Shown piece by piece: positions 51,379-64,000 of a stretch of 64,000 nucleotides of DNA. The DNA is taken from contig NW_027211947.1 of NCBI RefSeq assembly GCF_036971445.1, positions 1 to 64,000 on the forward strand, given 5' to 3'. Below the pieces are notes generated by a model that saw only the letters and a list, made by a program, of their open reading frames with translations, ran no database searches and was not told the origin of the DNA. Made by a program: the position numbers and the translations under genes. Each line of letters opens with the position of its first letter. Within the stretch, counting starts at the first letter, position 1. The DNA comes from Narcine bancroftii (Eukaryota).

Positions 51379-52200
51379 GTGGTAGTCCCTTCACAAGTCA
51401 CCTATAACTGTGTGGCTCAATATAACAACGCCATTTACAAATTTGCTGACAACACCACAGTAGTGGGCTGTATAAAAAGGGCTGATGAGTCAGCTTTCAG
51501 GTGGGAGACTGAAAACTTGGGTGAATGGTGTACAAACCACAACCTCGCACTCAATGTCACTAAGACCAAGGTGCTCATTGTAGACTTTAAGAAAGGAAAA
51601 CCAGAGATGTACAACCCATTGATCATTGAGGGATCAGAGGTGGAGAGAGTGACTAAATTGAAATTTCTGGGAGCCACTATCTCGGAGGACATGTATTAGA
51701 CTCACCATACTAACATCATTGTGAAGAAAGCATGTCAACGCCTCTACTTCCTTAGGAGTTTGCAGAGATTGGGTATGTCATTGTAAACCTTGGCAAACTT
51801 CTGTAGATGTGTGGTGTAAAGTGTGCCGACCAGCTGCATTATGGCCTGGTATGGGGGTACCATTACCTCAGCAGAGAGCCCTGCAAAAGGCATTGGATTG
51901 TAGATTGTAGGCAAAACTCACCTCACTTATCGAGAACATCTACAAGGAACACTGACTTCAGAGAGCAGTAACAACCATCAAGGATACACACCACCCAGAA
52001 AATGCTCTTCTCTCTCTGCTACCATCGAGAAAGAGATATAGGTGCTACAAAGATGGCACCACTAGGTTCAGGAACAGTTATTACCCCTCCACCATCAGAC
52101 CGCAAAGCAGCAGACTCAATTTGGGACTCTTTTAAAATCTGTTACTTGTGCATTCTGTACATTCTGACACGAAACATTGTCTGCACCTGGCCAATGCACA
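51379..52200 (+). mobile_element. Rex1/Babar-like LINE (RT C-terminus and 3' end)
   Basis: YKFADNTTVVGCI...WCTNHNLALNVTKTKVLIVDFKK...KFLG. Confidence 0.85.
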
Positions 52201-52333
52201 ACGCCCTGCAATAGCCTTTGTATAAACAATGGGTAATTGTTAAAAAGAAAATCACGCAAGCTTTTTTCTTTCTTCCTGCAAGGTTTCCTCCCCAGCTTGC
52301 CTTAGGACACGTGCATTAAGGTATGACAGATGT

Positions 52334-52662
52334 TCGAACAAATATGGGAGCCATACATAAAACACAATAGAGAAATCCTACCATGGACTTCCACCACCTA
52401 AAATGACAGAAGGAGAAGATAACGAAAAGAACTGACTCAGTAAAATTTCTTGTTTATTTTTATTAAGTGACAACATTGTTTAACGGGTTTAATGTATCTT
52501 ATAGATTGAACTTCAAATAAATGGGCAAGGGGGTGAGGGAGGGAGGGAAGGGAGGGGTAAAAAGGGGGAGAAAACAACACTGTATATATTTAAGAAGAAA
52601 AATGTCTGCATGTATCTTGGTCAATATGGTTTATAGTGTGAAAAATAAAAAAAAATTAAAAA
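52334..52662 (+). mobile_element. L1-like 3' tail with TSD
   Basis: AAGGT(A/G)TGACAGATGT at 52318-52333 and 52663-52678; homolog of 525-863. Confidence 0.7.
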
Positions 52663-53081
52663 AAGGTGTGACAGATGTAGCATCCCAATCAAACTCCCCA
52701 TATGGCATTGCCTCCAGGCTCATGAGTCTATGACAATAATCTCAATAGATGGACAGACTGAAATGCGTGAACAAATGTGGGCAGGCAATTGTTTTTGTAA
52801 AAAGGAATTTGAGATCAATTACACTCATTTCAGAAGAGCAGCTCCTTGATTTATGTAGCTGTGACTCTCTGTACCTTGGTAGATGTGACAATAAACTTGA
52901 ATACATAGGGAATGGAAGGTTATGGATCAAGTAAAACGTAAAGGGATCAGACAGAAGGGATTTATTTTTATTTGACATCAGGTTTGGTGCAGACATCAAG
53001 GGCTGGAAGACCTGCTCCTGTTCTGTATTGTTCTATTTTCTATCTTTATTATCTTATCATATGTTATAAATTTTAAAAATA

Positions 53082-53974
53082 CCAAATATTCTCGTGTAAA
53101 AGTCAAATTTTGTAGACCATTTTTTAATGTTAAATTTATGGGGTGATTATACATGGATACTACTTTTGAAGGGCTGAAATATCAGAATCAGAAACAGAAT
53201 TTATTGACATGAACAAGTCATGAAATTTGTTGTTTTGTGGCAGAATCACAGTATTATAGGCATCTTTTTACATTACTATGAAAGAAGTAAAAATAACAGT
53301 GCATGAAAAGTAAGGTAGTGTCTTTGGTTCCTTGATTATTCAGGAATCTGATGGCAGCGGGGAAGGAGCTGAGTGCTCGTCTTTAGGCTCCTGAACTTTT
53401 TCCCTGATGGTAGCAGAGTGAAGAGGTCATGGCCTGGGTGGTGGTGGGGGGGGGGGTCTTTAAGGATAGAGGCTGCTTTTTTAAGTCACCACCTCATGTA
53501 GCTGTCCTCCATGGAATGAAGGCTGGTGCCTGTGATCTCGCAAACACATGTATGCGACATCACTGGAATCTAAAATACCCTATCAATAGCAGATCCAAAT
53601 GATTTCTAAACAAATAAAGAACAAAAACGCAATGAATTAAAGCAATAATACAGAGTCTGTGCATCAAAGCATTTGTCTTACCACGAGGGTTGGGACTGTC
53701 ATATCTGTGTTAATGGAGGCTTTGGGAGCTCCGATCAGTGGGCAGCCGGGGCTGAGGTGAGACTCAGTGTCCGAGGCATCAGGGGCTCTGAGAGATGGGC
53801 AACTGTGGCTGAGGCGTGAGTTCACAATCGAGGCATCAGGAGCTGCGGGCAGCCAGGGCTGAAATGAGAGACTTAGGTCAACTTTACACAAGATGTATGG
53901 AAAATTCCAGATTTTTTGGCCAAAAATAGGGGCTGACTTTTACATGAGATCGACCTTTACAGGAGTATAAATGG
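53082..53974. mobile_element. pogo/Tigger-like element (TA-flanked) with nested Rex fragment (about 53180-53545, minus) and internal GC-rich tandem units (53730-53880)
   Basis: Imperfect TIRs CCAAATATTCTCGTGTAAAAGTC / GACCTTTACAGGAGTATAAATGG. Confidence 0.55.
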
Positions 53975-54518
53975 TATTTGCTTAATGGCTTTTCCAAGTG
54001 TCATCCTGCAGTGTCAAAATAAGCACTAAATCTTTCAGATTGATCTTTAGTTTTCTGAACCAACCCTTGACTGGTAATATCAGTCATTCTGTAGTTAGCA
54101 ATTCTAATCATTGCTCACTGTAGTACATCATGAATTTAATTTGATCAAGAACTTTATTACATCACCTGGATCTTCTGCTTCAAACTCCTGAGCTGCTGCA
54201 TCTGAATTCACCTTTATCAAGTGGCTATTTATCTCTTTTGATTTGAAATCTTGCTCCTTTCAACTATTTCCACTTGAAGGAGATACATTGCAAGTCAGGT
54301 TCTACCCTCTCTGAATTAACTTCAGTAAAATGCAATGACTCTTACAAAGGTTCTTCCTGTGAAAAGGTGTTGGGCTTGGATTCAAATTGTCCCTTTACAA
54401 GTCATGGTAAATATCTGACAATGCATATAAATGGAGCAAGAATTTTCACAATTTGCATTATTTACATCTGCTGACATTGTTTCTGGACTGGAGCTTGCTT
54501 TTGACAATCTTATAATTA

Positions 54519-55098
54519 CTCTGGACAATATGTTTTTTTCAGAAGGTTTGCTTCCTGAAAAGAAAATGGGGATTACAATAGACAACTTCAAGTTGAGCAC
54601 AAAGATAATTACCGATTTGCTGTATCATGCAGGAAGTTGGAGGAACATTAAATTAACTTTTATTGCATTTAGCATGCTTAATCACATAAGGATGCTGTCA
54701 TATTGGATTCGTTCAACTGACCTAAAAATGTTTAGCCACTGATTTTCGTTTGCACTCAACATCTGATGCCTCTCAGGTCAGTGTCCAACAATAGTCGGCC
54801 GGCATCGATGGATTTCCACGGTCATGAGGTCCTGGTGAAACCTTTCACCATGTTCGTCACCGACTGCACCGACAGGGAAGAGGTCCAAGTGCAAGTGCAG
54901 AAAATGAATTTTCAATAACGTGTTGCACTTCATGGTTTTGTCTGCTTGAAAGAAGACAAATTATGACGGGAATTGATATAAATAGATTATATCTAAAAAA
55001 AGAGGCACCTGATAGGAAAAGTTTCATGTGATCAGCAGCTGAACGTCCAGAAAATACACCCATAGGTGTTCAGGAAGCCAAATCTTCGTTGTCCAGTG
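54519..55098 (-). mobile_element. Second Chapaev-like element
   Basis: Reverse-complement homolog of 40663-41233; ends CTCTGGACAAT / GTTGTCCAGTG; flanks TTA / TTG. Confidence 0.72.
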
Positions 55099-55369
55099 TT
55101 GTCAAACATCTGAAAGACCTACAGATTCCAGCCACTTACTCGCCTTCCACATCCAGCTGTTGACCTCTTCACTGTCCAAAATGAGCCTGCCTCTATTTTC
55201 TGGACAAGGATGAGCTCAAGGTTGAAGCCATTCTCTTCAGACTGATCCCAATTCTAATTCCCCAGTCTTTGATGCTTCCACTTTCAACCACTTGCATCAG
55301 AAGGCCAAATAATATTCTGCTCACATCTTTCAACCCACCTCGACAAGGGCCAGACCCCTGAGGTCGCAG

Positions 55370-55760
55370 TGTCAATCACACCCATGCCACCAATGGGCGG
55401 GGAGACCTCCGGAACCGGAAGTCCCGCCCATGCACGACCGGATGCCGGGCGTAGAGGTCTCGACTGGGTGCCAAGAACTAATGGAGGGTTGATTGCGAGT
55501 TTTGTCGGTGAAATCTGTTCCCAGGGACCGTTCCGCTTGCGGGGCTGAGGTGCGTTGCACAGACGGCGACTGAATGTCGGAGTCCGATGCATGCCGCTGG
55601 GGTGGGGGCGGATATGCGCGGCGCTTGAGGTTGGGCCTGGGATTGCAGGCTTCGTTGCGGCCTAGTTCATCGTGGCGACGCCGATGGGCGTTCTGGCTCG
55701 GTTGGGGCAACCAGCCTTGCAGTCTCCCTCTCCCCCAGCAAAGCAATGATCCAAGAAGAG
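55370..55760. promoter_or_regulatory. CpG-island promoter of PRPF8, probably bidirectional
   Basis: CpG-rich; CCAAT 55390-55394, GC box 55395-55402, tandem ETS CCGGAACCGGAAGT 55409-55422, CCCGCCC 55423-55429; plus-strand donor GAG|GTGCGT at 55549/55550. Confidence 0.8.
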
Positions 55761-56269
55761 CCAAACATTACCCGATGACCTCCTAAACTTATGTATTTAA
55801 TTTAATAGCATACTCCACTGCGAGGGTCGTGGGAGCAGATGCCACTGTCATTTTCAAAAGGGGTGTAAAATTAAGATGCAGTAAAGAAGTATGTGTTGAC
55901 TAACTGGTGCACAGGCACATGATGCGGTTGGGTCCCATATTTCAAACTTCTAAGGTTAAATTGAAGATAACATGGTCTATTCTAGAATGGAGGCCAAACT
56001 TATAAGCAGTTCACCTGGACTGAATCAGTGTAGCACAGGAAATATAATGTTAGATCTTGTACATTTAGTAATACTGAAACATGTTTAAAATGGGCTGCTC
56101 ACGATAACATTGAAAATACCTTATTTAGGTTACTTAAAGCAGCCACCGTCAATATCTTTGGACTTATCTCGGTGGTGGTGTGAAGTCGATGACTGCCAGC
56201 CTTAGAAAGTGGGTGCAGGCAATCTATGCTGCTGTTGAGTGTTTTCTGTGGTAGCTCTGTGCTCTGTCT

Positions 56270-56800
56270 ATTCAGAATCAGAATTTGTTGCCATGAGCAA
56301 GTCATGAAATTCGGTGTTTTGAGGCAGCATCGTATAACCATCTTACAACATTACTATAAATAAAAATAGTAGTGCACAAAAAGTAAGGCAGTGTCTTTGG
56401 TTCATTCATTATTCAGGAATTTGATGGCTGCAGAGAAGGAGCTGTCCTTGTGCTGCTGAGTGCTGTACCTTTTTCCTGAAGGTAGCAGTGTGAAGAGGGT
56501 GAGGCTTGGGTGGGGGGGGGTCTTTGAGGATAGAGGGTTTTTTTTTACATGCCCTTGATGGAGTGGTCTGGTGCCTGTGATGATGTAGGCAGAGGTAATA
56601 CCTCTCTGGAGTTTATTCTTGTCCTGTGAGTTGGCGCTTTCATACCAGGCATTGATACAACAAGCCAGAATACTCTCCACAGCACACCTGTAGAAGTTTT
56701 TAAGAGTTTTTGGTGACATATCGAATCTCCTTAGGCACCTCACAAAGTATAGCCGCTGGCGAGCCTTCTTTGTGATTGCATCAACAATATTCTTCTCCAC
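56270..56800 (-). mobile_element. Rex1/Babar-like 3' fragment
   Basis: KKARQRLYFVRCLRRF...FYRCAVESIL...LPSGKRY. Confidence 0.85.
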
Positions 56801-57615
56801 TATGACTTCAACAACTTGCCTGAAAACCAATCAGAATTCTGACAGAAAAATAGGACATCTAATGTTGAATGAAGAGTGGTTGGAGGGTCTCCACTGGATC
56901 AGGCAACATCCCTGGATAGAAACGTTCAGTCCACATTTCATGTTGGAGCCCTTTCTCAATAAAATCCCAACCTGATACATTGACCATTTCTATCCTTGTT
57001 ACTTCCTGCCTTGCTGAATCACTTCAGCTCTTCTTTCTGGTTTCCAGCATCTGCAGTTTTTGATTCTTGGGAAGTTCTACTATTCTTAATTTACATGGAT
57101 TAATGTGGAAGTTTTCAAAAGATTTCTGCATCTGCAAAAGATAATGGTAGTACTGTATCAAATTTGAAGGAAAAAACATGATTGAACAGGCCAGAAGATT
57201 GTACAGAATATAAGAAGCAGCAGAGAATGTGTAAAACTTATTAAAAGAAGAAATTAGTATGAAATAAACCCTACAAGAAATATAAAAATAGATGGTAAGC
57301 CTTTAGTGATATTGAAGGAAGAAAAGAAAGTAAATTTGGAGAATTAATGCAATAGGAGATTATTATCTATCTTCACTTTGAGAAGATACAGCTAACATTC
57401 CAGGAATGATTGAATCAGCATTTTCTTTTCAGAATGTTTAATACATTTGTTAATTATTTTATAGACAAAAAATGTTTTTGCCCCAATGGGTCCTGCGTGG
57501 TTTTTGCATTGCTAGAGCACTAATGAACGTTATTAACTAATGCACACCATATTAATTCTCACAATTGAATAGATATTAAAAGAAATGTAACTTGTCATTT
57601 ATTCAGAATCAACAA

Positions 57616-57712
57616 ATGATGGCAGCATTTCAGTTCAGGGGTCCTCCTGGGCCGAATCCAGTTTCAGTTCCTGTACCTGATTACATGTCTGAAGAAAAAT
57701 TGCAAGAAAAAG
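57616..57712 (+). CDS. PRPF8: Pre-mRNA processing factor 8, first coding exon (exon begins 57607)
   Basis: MMAAFQFRGPPGPNPVSVPVPDYMSEEKLQEK; G|gtaag donor. Confidence 0.95.
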
Positions 57713-57879
57713 GTAAGAAATTTCTGGAAAATCTATTTAATGATTCTTCAGAAAGCAATTTCTTTAGGAATGGAGAAATGTTACACATTTCTTAAAATTC
57801 AAGTGCAGAAAATGTTTTAAATGTTTGAAAAATTATGTAATGTCTATGTGACATCAAAGAAACTAAATACTAAACTAGT

Positions 57880-58280
57880 TTAGTTCAAGTTCATTGTTAT
57901 CTGATTGTACATATACAAGGCGATGAAACAGCATCTCCAGACCATTGTGCATGCACAAAAACACAATGCACGGTTTATAAAGATCACAAATAAAATAAAT
58001 ATATGTAAATATTTGGAATGATTGTCATGAATACAGGATGCTATTTGTTTGTGGGAAGAAGCTATTCCCCAGCTGGCAGCCCTGATTTTGATATTCCTGT
58101 ACCTTTTTGATCCTCGTGGGTTGAAGATACTGTGTGCTGGATGGAAAGGATCTCTAATTCCTTGAGCCCACTTTAGACAGCTTCCAGTAAATATTGTCTG
58201 TAGAGGAAATGGAGACCGCAGTGATCCTCTCCGTTGCATTAATTAATGATCCTCTGTATCGAGTTCTGGTCTGATGTGGT
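57880..58280 (-). mobile_element. Rex1/Babar-like 3' fragment
   Basis: IRDPFHPAHSIF...KRYRNIKIR. Confidence 0.6.
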
Positions 58281-59182
58281 TAGAAATAAGAAAAAAACAA
58301 AGTGGTACCTCGTGTTACTGATGAGCATTTACTTAGATTAAATGAGCTAAAATAATCCATGCGTGTAAGTAATTTTGTTTTATTGTTGAGTTGGACCAAA
58401 ATGAGGTGCTTTAAGCTGGTGGTCATCATCCCTTTAAAAATAACGCAAGCAGCGATTCCTCTTTTTTTAGCCCAAGGTGGCATACAGCTTCAGGTCACTA
58501 CAGTTAAAAATTAATCTCACAGGTATATTTATCCTTGCAAACTTTGGGCACATTACTATTGGTGGGATATTTTGGTGCTCAGGTATTTAATATTATGGCA
58601 TCAGGTTTGGCCCTGGAGTTTGTGTTGCTCATGGTTGGAACTGCAACCTGTGTGGCTGCAGGGACTGTGGGAGCATTGGAAGCAAATCCACAGGCATTCA
58701 GTGACTCTTGGTTGGGGGGGGGGGGGGGGGGGAGAGAAACGGAACTCTCTTTTGCTTTTCTACCTCTTACTGTAAGGATGCCAGGCAATACTAATGTCGA
58801 CTCTGTGTCTGTCTTGTGTTTTATTACACGATAAAAGAATCTTGATCTGATCCTTTGTTGACGACAAACAGGTTTGTAGATGACTAACGTAGATTTAAAA
58901 GTAAAATTTATTGATGTCCATGCTTTATTTTCATATTTGCTCTCATATTCACTCAGTTGAAATTTTTAATATAACTCTGCAAGGCAGGAGGAGGATATCT
59001 TGCAGAGAAAGAGCCTTATTCATGGGCAAACATTTCAGAACTGCTTGCTGACTTCAGAGTTTACTTTTGATTAGTTGTGAATGAAGTCTTACAACTTTTT
59101 GTTAGGTTTTTATTACCTTGTTCCTTTTTTTTGAGAAAGTTAGAGTTGGTGTCAAACATGCTATTGATTTCTCCTTTCTTAG

Positions 59183-59377
<195 letters not shown>

Positions 59378-59910
59378 TAAGAAAATGAAGAGCAGAAATA
59401 TTTGCATATTCATCCTGAAATTGCTGTGGATTCCATACTTGCCCTTGAATTTAATCTTGAATCCTCAAGAAAGAATGTTCCATGTTGTTTTTAAATGATA
59501 AACATTTGCTGATATTATTCTAGGGCATAATTTTAGTGCCTTTTTTCCTGTGTCTCATTTTGTCGATGTTAAAGGTTTGCACAGATCATGTAAAAGGGTG
59601 TAATAGGGAATAAAAATGAAAGTCAGATCTGCAATGATAAAACAAAGCATTGCTTAAGTAGCACAGGTAAATATTATTAAAACAGTAACAAAGGATTCAT
59701 CAATTATTACTACAGGTTTTTGATGTTTTGTAAGAGGAGCACATTGACTCCATATTTTTGACAGCTGCTCCACATTCAATCCTTGCCTATTTTAGTGTCA
59801 GTCTATTGAAATGTTAAATCAAATTAAAGGCTTTTGCCGATGGAAATCAGATTTGTGTGATGTAAAGACATTTTTTTTGCACGAGATATTGTGGAAGCCA
59901 TATTCAATAA

Positions 59911-60222
<312 letters not shown>

Positions 60223-61476
60223 TAAGTAAGATAGATGTATCTGAGTTACTTTTGTATTCTGGCTATTTTAATCAGGAATCATTGGACAATATATGAAGGA
60301 TAATTGTTTTGAATGACAGTTATTTTTACCAATGTTTCCTGATTCTTAGGAAAAAGGTCATTATTTTACTGGGATTTGCTAATTTCAGAATCTAACCCCT
60401 GGATTTGTATATTTGCTCAAATATCTTTGATTTTTTGAAGTAACTTAAAAAATCTTTTTAGCATAAATACTGGATATAAATTAAAGCTGGTGAAGTTCTA
60501 ATTTAATTTAAAAAATACACTTTTTTGCAATAAAAATGATTGAGGTTACAAGTTTGAGTTTAGCTAGGACTGTAGCAACAGTCATACATTTAAAGGGAGT
60601 TGTAGAAAATTTTGTATGACTGCCCAATTCTGAAACTAGGAAACGAATGATGAATTTATTGTCATATACATTATACATTGCATATATGCACAGAAATTCT
60701 AACTTGATGCAGCAAAACAAATAATTTATATTTTAAATAAACTTCAGTAGTATACATTAAATTAAAGAGATCATAAAATAAAAGATTATCACTGTTGCCA
60801 CAGTGCAAGAAAAAAATGATGTTACAGTAGAGGTGACAGGCCTTCATGTGGTGTTCTGAAGTAGTCCAGATTGATGTAGTAAGAGAAGGTTCAATAGCCT
60901 GAGAGTCATTGCAAATAAATTATTCTTCAATCAAGAGATGCTGGCTTCTTCTAGCAAGTAGCAGCAAGAGGAGGTTGTAACCACAGTGATGAGGGTCCTT
61001 CATGATGTTGGCTGACTTCTTGAGGCAGTGCCTCACATGTCTTCAATGGAATAATATAAAAATGTATATACAACTTTTAGTAAATCAATTTTTACATGAT
61101 TGAGGAACATTTATTAAAGCTTTCTAGCATTGTGAATTGCAAGTTAGATGAAGTTTATTATTAGCCAGTTAATTGTAAAATAATTTCATTTGAAATTGAA
61201 CGACTGTCTTCAAGAAATGTTTCCAGGAGTCTGATTTAATTCTATTCCTGATTGTGGGCTCATTATATCAGGATTCAAATCATTCTATTTTATGCAGTTA
61301 CATTTAAAATCTTATTGTGATTGTTGATCAAATATTTAAGCATTCGCCATTAAATATTTTCCGAATGAATGCTTTTAACTTGGTGAATAAATCTTTTACG
61401 TTTCTTTTTTGGCACACTGAAGAGCTGCACTTTGTCATTTTATTAATGCAGTATTGAATTAATCTTTTATTTCTAG

Positions 61477-61695
61477 AACCATGTGGATTATGATGAGACG
61501 GGAAAAACGAGACAGAAGACATTTCAAAAGGATGAGATTCCCTCCCTTTGATGATGAAGAGCCTCCATTGGATTATGCCGATAACATACTTGATGTGGAA
61601 CCACTCGAAGCAATACAAATGGAACTTGATTCAGAAGAGGATGGACCAGTGGCTGAGTGGCTATATGACCACCAACCACTGAAAGACAATCCAAA
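61477..61695 (+). CDS. PRPF8: PRPF8 coding exon 4
   Basis: [50 protein letters not shown]...LKDNPK. Confidence 0.98.
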
Positions 61696-62699
61696 GTAAG
61701 CTCTTGGTGTGTTGGTTATGGATAAGATTGAAAATCTATGGAAAAAAAATATGAAATAGAAACAAATGCCTGGAAGTTAGCAAGTTTTTTTGCTGAGCAA
61801 TTAGTTTAAAACCCTGTTCCAAAAAATATTATGTAGACCTGGGTTAATAGAGCTTAATGTGGATATACCTAATATATTGGATATAATATCATTAGGACTA
61901 TTCAATGTGGAGGATAAAACAATAACTTTTTTTAAAGGGCCCACATGGGGACTATTGAAAGTGCAAATAGTTTATAGAGTATTCTAAATTATTATATTCT
62001 AGCTATTCAATTTTTTTTTTTGCAGCTCATTCTACAAATTGTTGGGCTCATTGTGAAAAAAGTCATAAATCTTGTCAGTCATTTGACCAAATAATCCTTA
62101 AATGCACATTAACTCGAACCTGTTCTTCATTAGTTTTTAATTTGATATAATCGCAGCTATTAGTTAATGGTATGAACATTAGATTATAACATGAAATATA
62201 GAAGTTCAAATGGATAATTATAATTAACATCAAAAATGTGGGCATAACATTAAGTTCGTTAATTACCAGTGTTCCAAAATTGTACAAATAACTGGTATGC
62301 AGAATTCCCATTTTATTGATAACACTGTTGATGGAAGCCTGTAAAAGTGAATGAAAAAGCAAAAATATTTTACTATTCTTCAACTTCATTTGGTTAGAAT
62401 TTTGAATGATTATGTGATGTAAAATGCTGTCAATATTCATGTTAATAGGCTTGCATTTAAAGATTGACTCCGAATGGGGTGTCAGAGATGACCAAACCCC
62501 TTAGTATCTGACATCAAATTAAATGATTTGACCTGAAGAAAATGCTGGCAGGAATGAAAGTCCCTCTTTGACTCTTGTTATTAACAGGGTGACTCTTAAG
62601 TTTTCAGCGGTTTATTTAATGTTTGGCAATCTTTACTTCATGGGTGCTTATTATATTTCACTCTTGCTATTCGTGGAATTAATTTGTATTAATTAATTT

Positions 62700-62935
62700 A
62701 TTTATTTATACATGTAGCACAGTAATAGGCCATTTCAGCCCACGAGTTCATGCTGCGTAATTTACACCCAATTAACTTATACCCTGGTATGCTTCAAATG
62801 GTGGGTGCACCGTGGAAAACCCATGCAGACATTGGGAGGCATGTACAAACTCCTGATAGATAGCGTGCGATTCGTACCCCGGTCCTGATCATTGGTGCTG
62901 TAAAGGCATTGCGCTAATCACTGCGCCATCCAGTT
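62700..62935 (-). mobile_element. V-SINE-like element
   Basis: Reverse-complement homolog of 14822-15100. Confidence 0.7.
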
Positions 62936-63051
62936 AATCAAAACTTTATATTATTAGAATAAAATTAACCCATTCAGCATTCTAACAATCCAGAAGCATT
63001 GTGATCCATTTATAAAATTGTGTTTAAAATAGAAATTTTGTCCTATTTCAG

Positions 63052-63264
63052 GTATGTAAATGGATCTACATATCGCCGTTGGCAATTTACTTTGCCTATG
63101 ATGTCCACGCTTTATCGCTTGGCTAATCAGTTGCTCACTGATTTAGTGGATGACAACTACTTCTATCTATTTGATCTCAAAGCATTTTTTACTTCCAAAG
63201 CTCTGAACATGGCAATTCCTGGTGGACCAAAGTTTGAACCACTCGTTCGGGATGTGAATCTACA
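63052..63264 (+). CDS. PRPF8: PRPF8 coding exon 5 (gene continues past the window)
   Basis: [71 protein letters not shown]. Confidence 0.98.
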
Positions 63265-64000
63265 GTAAGGACTTTTATAATTCCTTAACACAAGATTTTT
63301 TTTAAACTTTGCTCAATATTTCAATTATAGAACCATCGCCATTGATATTTTTCAAAGGAAAAAATAATCATTTTATTAAGTCTACACTGGTATTTTCTTT
63401 CAGAAGAGCCGTCCATTCATTGTAAAATCATTTGTTTCAAAGAATAAAGACTACTTCAGAATATCAACTACTTTGTGGTTATCTGCAAAGTAAGGACATT
63501 GTCTAACATTCCATTTCTCTCTTTAAAGCCAAATTCTTTATTTAACCTCTGCAATTCTAGTATAGAAATTAGCCAGTTTTTACACTGTTTTGGGTATTCA
63601 TTTATTTTATTTTAGCAAAATGTAAACTTTACGACTTTACCATAAGCATAATGTTCATGCAGCCAGATTGATTCCTGATCAACCATGCATATGGTGTTCG
63701 TTCTAGTTACGTGTGCAGGGCATGGGATCAGCTCTTTATCTTTCCCTAAAACTCAAAAAAATATTTTTCGAGTGAGAATTACATTTTTGTTTGAGAACGT
63801 GGGGATTTGTACTGCACTATTTTAAAATAATTTCAGGAAAAAAATTCTTTTTTAGACCTTCACATTAAATGTTTCCATTTTGTGAAGAATTGAAATATTG
63901 CAGTTTTAATGAAATTATTTACTTAAGACTTGAGAAAAATTTAATTTTGGGGCTGGCTTTATTCGATGGATTAAGTAAACATATTTATCCTCTTCTGTCT

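Noticed and set aside
55193-55786. Several overlapping ORFs in the GC-rich island
   Set aside because: Stop-codon scarcity in a CpG island; no recognisable domains

Overview
Eukaryotic, AT-rich, repeat-dense vertebrate DNA. The repeat content (CR1, Rex1/Babar, Penelope, RTE, V-SINE, L1 tails) suggests a cartilaginous fish; this is an inference. Three spliced genes were reconstructed by hand. (1) The last two coding exons of TLCD2 (+, 9934-10016 and 17988-18365). (2) A complete, frame-intact 12-coding-exon calpain on the minus strand (50743 to 21412, 581 aa) that the ORF track largely misses. (3) The first five coding exons of PRPF8 (+, 57616-63264), downstream of a CpG-island promoter at about 55.4-55.8 kb. 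The main finding is the calpain. It has an intact Cys/His/Asn triad and Ca2+-site residues, an N-terminal MGNSCSC myristoylation/palmitoylation motif and a CBSW (C2L) domain, then stops with no penta-EF-hand or C2 domain. Its intron pattern matches neither CAPN1/2 nor CAPN5 exactly. It sits between TLCD2 and PRPF8, which are direct neighbours in human, and appears to share a bidirectional ETS/GABP promoter with PRPF8. Other notable structures are a perfect 101-bp inverted duplication inside a calpain intron, a 127-bp hairpin MITE, two Chapaev-like elements, five near-identical RTE 3' ends and four L1 tails with 16-bp TSDs. Repeat boundaries are approximate unless a TIR or TSD is cited.
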